From Paraphysomonas bandaiensis (taxonomy: Eukaryota; Protista; Chrysophyceae), in assembly GCA_965644295.1 (NCBI GenBank), contig CBFFRP010000376.1, positions 62,001 through 126,000 of the forward strand: a DNA stretch of 64,000 nucleotides, read 5' to 3'. The stretch's first letter is position 1, and every line of letters begins with the position of its first letter. Shown piece by piece: positions 47,827 through 59,133 of the stretch. Both the position numbers and the translations under genes were made by a program. The notes beneath the pieces were generated by a model. The model was not told where the DNA came from and did no database searches. It saw only the letters and a program-made list of their open reading frames with translations.

Positions 47827-50800
47827 TCACTGTTGTTCGCATTGCTGCATCGCACTCACTAATTGTTCCAATTCCAACTGGAACTGCATTAACTGCTCAT
47901 CTTTCTCTCGAATTTCCTAAATAAATTACATTGAGATAAATGAAATAGATATTACTTCCCTACATGCTCATGAATCGCTTGCAAACGCAAGCGGTCCATA
48001 TTCGCCGCCACTTTGGCTTGTTCCAAAGCACCGAGTAATTCGCGTTCTCTGTTCTTCAACCTATCTTCGATAGCACTCAACTTACTTTCCATGACCTGGC
48101 AGTGCATTCACAAAAGTACACACTAGGCATATAGTCGCGTACCACATACTGCTGCATTGTTGGTGTTTGAGGAACGCGCAGAGTGTCCTTTAGATTCAAA
48201 ACCTCTGCCTGTAACTCACTTATTACATCATCCTTTCGCTTCATTTCGGAGTGATTGCTCTGTATTCTTCGATGAAAATCTTCATTCGCCTCTCTTAACA
48301 TACGCTCATATTCGGACAGCTGGTTCTTTAGCTTCTCAACGTGTTCTTTTTGGACACGAAGGTCGGACTCAAGGGAGGAAATGTGTGATGTGCTTGGAGA
48401 AGCGGTGGGTTCAACTGTTACGCGAAGAGATGCAATATCTGCCTCCAGAGCATTGATTCTGTTCTGCAAATGAGTTTTTTCTTCATCATTCTGACCAGAG
48501 AGAGCTTGTGATGGAGCTCTTGACGACGTCTCTCTGGGTTGACTAGGAGGAGTGTCTTGACCTTTAGTTTCTTGGCACGAGCTCATCAATGATATAGCCT
48601 TTAATTTCCCAAGCTCTTCCGACGTCTGTAATAGCTCGTCTTCCAGAAAGCGAATGCGATTCAGGAGCTCTTGTCTATCGTTATTTTTGTCCTTTTCACC
48701 AGTGTGTATCTCAGGAGCACCGCCTCGTTTAATTGCTTGCACCTGCGCTTGATATTTTTTCTGAAGACCTTCAATTTTCTTCGTGTAAAATGCCCGTAGG
48801 CGTGCATTTTCAGCCTCCAAGAACCTGAATCAGCCACAGGGTCAATCATATTGCGTTTCACCACATAAAGAAGGGCAAATAACTTACTGAATTCGTTCTT
48901 TGGATTGAGCGAATGTTTTCACAGGAGAATTAGGCATTCCTTTAGGCAAGGCATCTGAAGGTGCAGAAGGGATTCTTGCAACAGATGACTGTTGCTGCAG
49001 AACTTTGACTTGTTTCTCATGCTGAATTTTCATACGCTCATACTCCTGTCAGCATCACAATAATAGTTACTACATTTGCATTTATTCCGAATTACAGAAC
49101 GTACTTGGCGAATTGACGTTATTTTCTTCTCCATGTCCAGCTGACATGACTCCAATTCAGCCTTCAGATCATCTCTTTCTTTCATCAGAGACTGAATACG
49201 CAGCTGGCTGTCATCACCTAGACAACCATTATCACTGCGCGTCATGGTAAAGAGCACATTGGACAACTTTACCAGATGATATATTAGAATACAATAAATT
49301 CGCTACACTATCAGGAAATCTCTTTCGGATACTCTCACGAGCAGCTTCAAGTGCGCTCTCAAGCTCTCTGCTCCAAAAATATTACTGCATCCTCAGTAAT
49401 ATAATTTTCTCACCGTATTCGCTTTACGTCAGACGGATTTCTATTACTTCTACCCGGCTTCGTTGCTGAGGAGGTCGATAGTACACTCATATTATTAGAT
49501 TTGTAGCTCTCCAGCTCCTCTTTCAACTGCGCCCTTTCTTGCTCAACGTCTTCCAGTAATTTTTGTGTCTCTGCGTACCATGCCACCTTAGCTCGAAGTC
49601 CCTTTACTTCATTGAAGTGCTGCACTCGTTGTTGCTCTAGTTTGCTCTTCAGCTCAGTAACGGCTTGCTTGTAATCAATTTCCGCTGCTTCATCACCCTC
49701 ATGAGGACCAAACTCTACAACGCTGCCCCGCTTGACTTCTTGATCTCCAGCAGATGTGTCTCTATGAGGCTCAAGATATGGAACTGCAAAACCTTCAAAG
49801 TCGCTTTCCGCGATTCCACGCTTATCTACTGCAAGCTTTGACACACTTTCCAAATTTTTGGCTAACACAATATTCTCTTTTTCAAGTTTGTTAATTTGTT
49901 GTGTTAAGGATCCTATGCTATTCTCTTTCTGTGTACATGCCTTCTCCAACACAGCAACTTGCTCCTCCAAAGAATTTATCATTCCATCTTTATCTAAGTC
50001 TCCCCTTAATTGCTGCCACGATCTGCTGGTGGGATGTTTCGCAGGCTCCTCAGGCACAGTTACACGAGCAGAACTTCTAGAGACAGCAGAGTTGGATGCC
50101 ACCTCATTCCGAAGGCGGTTGAGCTCTTTGACAAGATTCTCTTGCTGGTCAAAGAAGTCAGCTCGGGCATCCCGCATCTCCTTGTCCTTGTCTACAAGCC
50201 GCTGGGCCAACCGCTGATTCTCCCGCTCATACATTGAACACATATTTTCGAGTTCTGATATATCACTTAAGAGCTTCTTTTGGTCTGGTGCACTGCTAGA
50301 TGCCATATCATTAGCCTCCACAGGAGACTGCCTACGCGTTTGGGGTTTATCGGCTGATTTAAGTTCGTACAACTCCGCCTTCAAGTCCCGCAACTCATTT
50401 TCCAGGGTCTGTATCTTGTCGGTCTGAGCATCATTGATACTCTATGTACCAATGTCAGTAAAGCACAGTCATATCTTATGAACAACCTGTAGTTCTTCCT
50501 TTGTCTTCGATTCCCAGGCCTTTTCCTGCTGAGACTGTAGCTGCCGATATTGTGTAGCTTCTAAAATCGATTCACGCGCGTTCAGTGCCATTTCACGCTG
50601 TGCAATAATAGCCTCCTAAATACACAACCTAACAGTTAATCAGCAAGGTATAGCGCATGCATTACTCACTTTCTCAACGGATTCTCTGAATATTGCGCGT
50701 ATCGCATTGAGAGCTTCGTCGTCTTGTCGTTGAATGAGGTCTTGTGTCGCTTGAAGAGAATACGCTGCTGATTGCTCCCTGTTCATGCGTTCACGACGTG

Positions 50801-53688
50801 TGTCAGCATCCAGCCTCTTTGACCCTATGTGATACACAGGTTACAGCCCATGCCACAATTATGGGACTGCATCATTCACACATACACGAACCTTGAGGTG
50901 CGGGTTCTGCACTTTTGCTACGTTTTCGCACGAGTTTTCGTTTGGCAGTGGAGCTGGCTTTCATCTCTTTGATTTCTCTATCAAGATCCTCAAATTGCTT
51001 CAAGAGTTTAGAGTTAACTATTTCTATTCGGCTCAGTGCACTGCCATCTTGGATTCCCCTGGAGCTCACTCTGTGGGAGGTGTGGCTATCAATTACACCA
51101 TCATCGCTATCTATTGACTGGGTGGATTGAGCCAGAACTGTCCGACCTTTAATCGTGTTCTCATCATTGCTGCGTGATCGCTCAAACTTTCTTCCCTTAG
51201 TAACTCGTTTTTTTGATTTAAGCAGAGACACCTTGGAAGAAATTTGCTGCTTCGTTGTCTGGTGAGTAGACATGCTTGCAATGTGAGCATGAAGTTCTGT
51301 AGCCGAGGGTGGGACAAGTGGTAGCACCGCATGTGGCCAGTTCGTGGACGACTTTCGCGGATCGTGACTGGATCTGTTATCGCTTACCCTAACAGATCCC
51401 ATGTACTCTCCAGGGTCTATTTCTACAGCTCGTGGACCATTTACGGAATACGGTGGGGGGTAATGATCTGAAAATGCTATGGGTTGTTGCTGATAGTACG
51501 GTGCTGACCGTCTGTTGTCGTCGTGCGGCATGAAATAGTCATACCGTTCTCCAGATTCATAGCCTGCTGTCCTATCAGGAGCACCATATCCATACCTTTG
51601 AGACGCAATTGCATATGGCTTTTGTGTTCCGCTCCTACTATCCGTATCAACAGGGTGGTGATACTCTGGTTGCGCTGAAGGGAGTTGCTGAGTGTCATAC
51701 TCATCGCCAGTGGTTGAGTATCGAGGCTCTATTCCGCCTGTGTAATATTGGGGTGAGGAGTCGCGCTCTTGTTCGTTTTTGAGTGCCTGGGCCTGCTCAG
51801 AATTCACTTGATCCGACGGTTGGGTAGCTGGACTCCTTTCTCTCGAAATCGGGTCAGAAGGAATAGACGACTGTACAGTCTCGGGCTCAGGAGGAGGAGG
51901 TGGGATTTCAGATGGAGGTGAATTCACAGGAGATTTACTAGTGCGTCCTATTGGGGATGCTATGTCCTACAAAGCAGAACAAAAAGAGTAATTACAAGTG
52001 AGATACCTCTATCAGCGATAAAACCTGCTCGTCTCGGGATGGTTCAGGTGGAGGTGGAGTTGTAGACCTTCGCACGCTTTCATCCTCTGCTGGCTTTGTG
52101 CAGTGCTCTTCATCATCGCTATAGCGTTCTCCAGATGACTGGCTTGCCTTTTCTACAGGAGTTACATTATCCTCCCCTCCTCCATCTGTGTTCTTCGTCT
52201 CATTTCCCTCTTCGATTGAAGCGAACACAGAGCTTGCAACAGAGTTGGTCAACCACCGTCTCCTTATCTCATCCATGCTGTCTCGTCCACCTGTCTGTTC
52301 GTTTACGATCTTCTCTGCTTTAACTTCTTGTGTTTGTTCACTGGGTTCCTGTTTTGCTGGTGTCATGGCATCGAAGTCGTCCATCGAGTAGCTGACGTTG
52401 GCATCATCGCTTGCTCGAACCTCTTTCGACTCCTTTGCTTCAGAAGTGGGCTTGAAGCTACTCGTCATAGGCTTCGGGCTCAAACTGCGCCGCAAGAGCT
52501 GCTGCTGCCTCCGTTTGCTATGAGTAGGTGTAAGAGGAGACGGTTCATCTGAATCGGTGTTGAGTGACTTGAAAACAGATGGAGACCCTGTGGTGTCAGT
52601 GTCCATTGGATATCGAAAATTGGGACGATTCTATAAACAAACATAAGTGCATATAGCACAATATATCGCGCCGTTATTCCGTATCGTCAATAGGTTGCTC
52701 ACCTCAACGAGATACTTCAGCAAATCTCCGTCCGACTTCCCTCCCATGGATCCATATCGTGCCATGCTGTCTCTACATCGCAGTTAGTCAGATGCAATAA
52801 ATTCCTACTACATTGAAACCTCGGTGCGTTAGTATCTTCTTCTTCAATAGACGATAGTCCAGCAGATATCATAGGCTTAGAATTATTGTTGTTGGCTGGC
52901 ATAGACGACCTTCGGTTCTGTAGATATAACCACCATCATTCCATGACAGACTTAAAACGCAGTCAGTCAGTACCTTGCTGGCTATATCAGGCGAGGCAGA
53001 GGACTTAGAAGGTAACGTTTCAATAGCAGACCGCCTTCTTCGCTCATTTGCTTTTTCTTGGCTTCTTCGCGCGGCGTGGGTTCCAACCTTAGTACTATAT
53101 CAGTAGCATAGATAAATCGGAGAGGACATTACCTCAAAGTCAGCTTCAGACAAATCGAAAGAATCGCTAGAATTCAGTCGGTTGGATTTCATTTTACTAA
53201 TTGGCCTAATAGAAAACAGTCAATATCACACCCAGGAAGCATATATGAGATTACTTCTGTTCTGAATGTGCAGGAGAATCTGCTATAGGAGTGAGATCAG
53301 GATTCGGAGACTCAGCCACACCCTCCATTATCTCATTCCAAGAAGATTTCCACGAATTATACGCATCCTCTTCCCCAACATTATCCTCTGTTGTGGTATC
53401 TATCGGAGGTTTAGCTGCCTTAGCTTGCTGTAATATCTCATTGACGCGATCATCAGTAGACATACGCCGAGTCTTATTGCTCAGTCTTTTGGTTGGCTTC
53501 TCAGGTGAAATGTCGTCATCACCGAACTCAAAGTCATACACATCTTTTCCTTTATTCTTTGAGCCTCTGTTCTTATCACTGCGGGTCGGTTCGAAGCCAT
53601 AGGGGTCAGATGTGTATGTAGGCGGTGAGCTGCCGTAGCTTTCATCTAGCCCGCTGTTGTCCCAGTTCCTATAGCCAAACCCGTCCAT
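47827..53688 (-). CDS. CEP162: CEP162-like large coiled-coil centriolar protein, multi-exon
   Basis: Disordered N-half then coiled coils with MYERENQRL, KVAWYAETQKLL, DVKRIRELE..RKRFPDSV, TPTMQQY..RERELL..KDEQLMQFQLELEQL, matching CEP162 blocks as recalled. Confidence 0.75.
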
Positions 53689-53877
53689 ATCTATCCACAC
53701 TATAGATCTACCTCCCTTCTCTTACCCCTCGTCCAGTCATTACCAGTAAGTCATATGATCTCATATCGAACACGATGTGCTGCCATCACGCTATCAGTGT
53801 CGCTGTTGACTGCGCTGCTCTGTGGGGATATTCGAATTCAATTTCCTGCAGCTGTATACCTGTACGGTATTCGTATC

Positions 53878-53899
53878 GTATACAGTACCGTATAGCAGA
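53878..53899. promoter_or_regulatory. Candidate quasi-palindromic promoter element
   Basis: GTATACAGTACCGTATAGCAGA, 18/22 identical to 41272-41293. Confidence 0.45.
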
Positions 53900-54101
53900 T
53901 TCTACATGCATGTTGTGCTGTATACTCTGTATAGTACAGCAGGTATAGGTACAGCAGTACTCAGTCTGTACTGTTTTTGTATGTATTACAGGAGTATGGT
54001 ATGTCTAGATGTGTCTCTGTGGCATACATGTACATGCTCCCTTGCTATCTCTACATAGTGATATGGTGGAGTGGTGTGAGTGAGAGGCGTGGTCTATAGT
54101 C

Positions 54102-55163
54102 ATGATACGCATACATATCATACTCCCACTTGTGTTGCATGCTGTTTCAGCGTATGATAGCATTCCACTGGATGATCTTAGTCTCAACAGAGAGGCAGTG
54201 GCGCTATCAGATGAGTCCATCGAGTGGTTTCCATATTCAGAGTTTGGTTTCGTGTGGAATGAAGAGGACGGAAGCACTCTCTCTTGGCGACCTCAGGGTA
54301 TAACAAGTGTGTTCACATCGAGTGGTCGTGAGCTTCTAGTGGTGTCTTGGTATGGACGAGAGCAGGAAGGGTATGATAATCGCGGCGTCAGATTGTCGTT
54401 CGTTGACTACTCAGATATCAACAACATCCTATACAGACATGTCTTACTAGTGGATGAAGATTATCGTACGTTTGAGGGCATGCATGGAGGGGGGCTCTTT
54501 GCTGTGGATGACTTAATCCACGTACCGGACTCAAGGAGTGGCACGAAGAAGGTCTACACATTTTCCATCAACTCTGTGTTATATATTCCGGAGAATGACC
54601 GCGAAAGGTTTTACAATTACGTCTATATCATACCACGAACCTCGTCATATGATGTCCCCATCACACCGTCATTTTTGTCGTACGACTGGGATCGCAACCA
54701 GGCTCTAGTGGGCACTTTCTACAAGTGTTCCGACTATCATGTTGACTCTCCTGAATGTCTTGCTGATATGCACAACACACTTGTGTGGTATGATATTGGA
54801 ATGGTCAATGCTTCAACTCCTTCTTGTGCGCCTTTTTTTAGTGAAATGCAAGGAGCTGTCTCGTCCGTAGAGGCTTCCGATCCCGAGAACATCCTTCTAT
54901 GGTCTACAAGCAGCTATGGCAGTGGACACAAGAGCCACTTGCACTCTGTGCGCCTTCCTAGTGACGCTTGCAATGATGGGACCTTAAGTATTGAGAACTA
55001 TTCATTCGTTCAATATCCCCCTGGATTGGAAGACATGCATATCCCCGCCCCTAGAAGCGTGTATACGAACTATATGTGGATGCTAACAGAGTTCGGCGCA
55101 AATGACGGTACAGGTAATTCGAGAACTGTGTTTGTCACAAATGTGAAGTACTTACTTCCTTAA
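54102..55163 (+). CDS. Secreted protein of unknown function, intronless
   Basis: Signal peptide; 353-aa ORF with WRPQGIT, VVSWY, GVRLSFVD, YRHVLLV, HGGG, EMQGA, GLEDM, LTEF. Confidence 0.8.
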   Translation: MIRIHIILPLVLHAVSAYDSIPLDDLSLNREAVALSDESIEWFPYSEFGFVWNEEDGSTLSWRPQGITSVFTSSGRELLVVSWYGREQEGYDNRGVRLSFVDYSDINNILYRHVLLVDEDYRTFEGMHGGGLFAVDDLIHVPDSRSGTKKVYTFSINSVLYIPENDRERFYNYVYIIPRTSSYDVPITPSFLSYDWDRNQALVGTFYKCSDYHVDSPECLADMHNTLVWYDIGMVNASTPSCAPFFSEMQGAVSSVEASDPENILLWSTSSYGSGHKSHLHSVRLPSDACNDGTLSIENYSFVQYPPGLEDMHIPAPRSVYTNYMWMLTEFGANDGTGNSRTVFVTNVKYLLP

Positions 55164-55612
55164 GTGCGCTGTTACCTAGCATGTAAATAGGAAAAGGTAA
55201 AGTGTTGTTCACATTAGCCTGCTTGCCAGTTGTGCTAGTTGTAAATGTGTAGAATCTCTCTCGCAGTAGCAAGAATTTATGTCGAAAACAAGGAGCTAAC
55301 ATGAAGTATTTCATAAGTCTGGTGTGTAAGTTTTGAAACGTTCCTAGTGTAAAAAAAGCAGCTTATTCTCTGCTCGGAGTATGTATTCGGTTCGAGAAAG
55401 AAACTATCGTTCATAATATATCATTTAGAATAACTTTGTATTACACAGTTTTAAGTAAAACGAAATATTGAATATTCAGTCAACCTTTGTAAGCAGATTA
55501 CAAGACACTTCTAGCTATATTTAACCACGGGAAAAATTATGAGCGCAGAACGTTATTCCTTATCTCTAGGTTATATTGTAGCTTATCCTCATGCTGTTGA
55601 AAAACTCAGTTT

Positions 55613-55683
55613 TGAATGTCTTACTATTAGCAATAGACGTATAAGATTCAGTGCTTAAGTCTGTTATCCTCCAATTTAAGAGC
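55613..55683 (-). mobile_element. Short degenerate 3'-tail fragment G of the retroposon
   Basis: TGAATGTCTTACTATTAGCAATAGACG..AGTGCTTAA matches the family tail. Confidence 0.7.
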
Positions 55684-55687
55684 AAAA

Positions 55688-56132
55688 GAGTAGTGAATGT
55701 CTGATATTAGCAATAGGGTGAAAGAGTCAGAACTAATGAAGCAAAGCAATGTATATAACTAACCAGTGCTTAACTCTAATATCCTACTATTTAATGCTAC
55801 GAAAGCTGCTTATGCGTCACCGCAAACATCAAGGTGCAACCACTTTCGCTCCATCTGATAATTTCAGGCTTTTGAGTCCTTAAGGTGAACTAGCCCGGAT
55901 GCTTGACCTCAGCAGGCAGCCCAATACCCCGGATGCCCTTGAGGTGGCCCATACCCGGATGCTTGAATTCAGCAAACAACCCAATACCTCGGTTACTCTT
56001 TAGGTGGGCCTATTTCCGGATGTCTATTTATTCGTCAAAAGGCCCAAGACGTCTACACAAGTGACATTTATTATAGTGTCCCTTGTACCACACAAGCATT
56101 ATGCTGACTGTATATGCGGCTTACATTAGTTT
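55688..56132 (-). mobile_element. 5'-truncated retroposon copy F (lacks most of the head; internal unit duplicated)
   Basis: Homology begins at AAACTAATGTAAGCCGC; the CCCGGATGCTTGA..CCCAATACC..GGTGG unit is present twice. Confidence 0.88.
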
Positions 56133-57344
56133 GAATTATTTTTTAGTGTGATCTTTATCTGAGAAGAGACTGAAGATGATGATGCTCTTAACGCTCATCG
56201 TAAACACATGCCAGCACTCCATAACCAGTAAGAGATGAATGTTGATATTCGACACACTAGTCTAGTCCATGATGACAGAAGTGACTGGCCAGTCACGGCT
56301 CCAAACATCATAACACGAAAAGTTAGAGTCCTATGCGCACCACACATTGATTGCCAATAATGACCTCACAACAACGAGATGAATGGGCCCTCAGGTGATA
56401 CAATGTGTACATATACTATATACATACGTCATATTCATGTCATGTATACATGTAGATCGTGCTTATGACAAGACTTGGATCTTATTCAAGCACGTGTACA
56501 ATATGGTATAGTATGCAAGGCAATAAGAGTGTAATGATGGATATAGATGGAAATACGCATACATATAGAGATAGCAGAAGGTATGGATGAATATGAATGC
56601 ACTACATTGATATCTAATTTCTTCTATCTGCAGCTAGAGAAGAATCAGTACCAACGCAGCGTGTGGTGTTATATATGTGTATAGTGTGTGGTGTGTATGC
56701 TATGATGATGAGTGTAAGTGCATACAATGTAAGTGTTACATACGTGAGGCATGTGTATCATATGAGATACCACGTACCCTCTCAGGGGGGTTATATTGTT
56801 TCACTGGAGGCTTAAAAAACATCTGAATAGATGCCTGTTTCATTGTCACTGACACTGAGTGTGACACAGTGATATGGATGTATATATGCATAGACTGATC
56901 CACTGCATATCTCATATAAAACCACTGTACATACTGCTGCATGTATAGAAATCAGCACTCTGGACGGGATTTCAAAATTCGAATTTTTATGTACAAAAAG
57001 TCCAGAATATTGTTATTTCAATAATTCCACAAACATCACAATATTGCTACGTATCAAAACCGCTAATATCTATACGTAAAATCGAGTCGTATTCTATTAT
57101 TTCGTAAAATTTTGGCACGTATTTATATATTGTACATATTTTCCGATTCATTTTCCCAAAAATCTGGTATTTTATATTGAATTCCTAGGCTGCGTTGTGT
57201 TGTGCAGTGCTGGGCACAGTGACCTGCCTGTTGATAGGATCATGCCACTGTATATTCACATATGTGTAAGTCTGGTCAGGTCATTGTAGCATAAGATGCA
57301 TCCTATCCTATCACTTCACATCTCTTATCTATCTGATATTATCC

Positions 57345-58410
57345 ATGGAGGAAAAAGATGTGCATGAGCTTCTCTTGAGACCAGAATCTGCGCAAGTGGA
57401 TGTGCTGGACTCTATCAGATGTATATGTGTATCTACCTGCTGCTACTATAGGATGCAGATGATAGTGCTAGCCTCACATCATGCGAGTTATCGTTGGCTA
57501 GACTGGTGATAAACATGTTTATACTTTCTACACGGTAATGAAGTAATGGTGCTGTATTCGTGAGGAATCATATTCTCTTGCGAAGCAATTTTGCTCGGAG
57601 TTCGATATACGCGACATAAAAAAGAGCAGTGTGTATGCTCGAAACCTTACAGGGAACAAATACTATAAAAATCTTCTCGCATCACTTGTGTTTGCTTGAG
57701 ATTGTAACGGTGGAGCGTCCAGAATATAATGGTAGTCAACGCCTACTAATTGTTCAGATTGTACTACAGGTGTACTTTTCATTGGATATATGCTTTAAAA
57801 TGATAGCGGCGTACCCTGCTGTGAAGAATTATTTTAACGACCGTTGGAATTCTTTCGACAGTGTGTTTGTACTTACCACTTGGGCCCCTCTTTTCACCAA
57901 CGGTCTTCCGGTAGATAAATACTTAGGTACTGACAGTATTTCAGTGTTGATGTTGTATCTGACTCATATTTTCGTTTGGTAGGCCTATTACGTGTGCTCA
58001 GAATATTAAGACTGCTTCGATTATTAAATTGGATTGCTGATTTGAACGTAATCATGCAAGCCATAGCATCGTCTGCTAAGGCCCTAGTGTATGTGATTAT
58101 GCTCATGTTGATATTTTTCTTCCATTTTGCCATCGCTGGGGTGTTACTCTTTCGTTCGAATGATCCTGTGCACTTTGGAAATCTCTTTTATGCATTTGTG
58201 ACTCTGTTTCGGGTAGTACAATAACTTGTAGGATTGACTCGACACAAACATATTTGTCCTTGTTGGTAGGTGTGTTCGCTAGACGATTGGTCAGAGACTG
58301 CTCGTATCAATATGTATGGTTGCGACTATTACGGATATGACTCGGGAGAAGAGTATTATGACTCTCAGTGCAATGAGCCTGTTGGACTGGGCTGGTTTGC
58401 AGCTGCGTAT
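57345..58410 (+). pseudogene. Single-domain voltage-gated cation channel (BacNav/EukCat/CatSper-like), apparently broken
   Basis: S2-S3 (YFNDRWNSFD), S4 LRVLRILRLLRLL, S5, pore HFGNLFYAFVTLFR|VCSLDDWSE..INMYGC. No S6 exon found before the next gene, and the S1 region seems frameshifted near 57690. Confidence 0.6.
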
Positions 58411-59133
58411 GTTGAATGTTCTGTTCTGCATTTTTGTCTTGTGCCACTTGTGAGTGATGTGATGATGTGATAATAGTGTGATATAATGGATATAAAGTGA
58501 TGATATGTAAAATACATGTACAAGCATGTAAGTAATTCATATAGCATAACTATCACTAGCAAGGATCTCACTCGTCCTAACGTAGCCCACATAAACACAA
58601 CTCGCTCCGAACCATAGCTAGCAATCACATGCCAGGAAGAACAGTTAATGCCAAGGCGTTACACCACCATTTGGTTTACCTATAATTGTTTAAGATAACA
58701 AAATCACTTTCAAATGCCTGTCAATACATAATTAAGATACAAGAAGAACCGGATGTCTATATTTGACCCGGTGCTAATTCAGGTCAAAACACTTATTTTC
58801 GTCACTCAATTTTATAACTGTCATGTATAGTACTGCTGTAATTGATATATAATTATTTATGTAAATTCAAATATTTTATATACTCACAGCAATATATTGC
58901 ACGCACAAGCCTTCTCAGCAACAAAGCATATATAGAATACTAAAACAGCAACATTCCACCTAAAATATGTCACCGGTGAATACGGATGGAGATCAATCCC
59001 AAGTAATTGATCGTCCAAAACGTCTCAAGAATACAGTTCTCCATAAATCATGAGATGCCTAACGACTACAAAAATAGAGCACTTAACATCCACAATTCCA
59101 TATAAAGTTGAAAAGCATATACAAAGATTTCGT

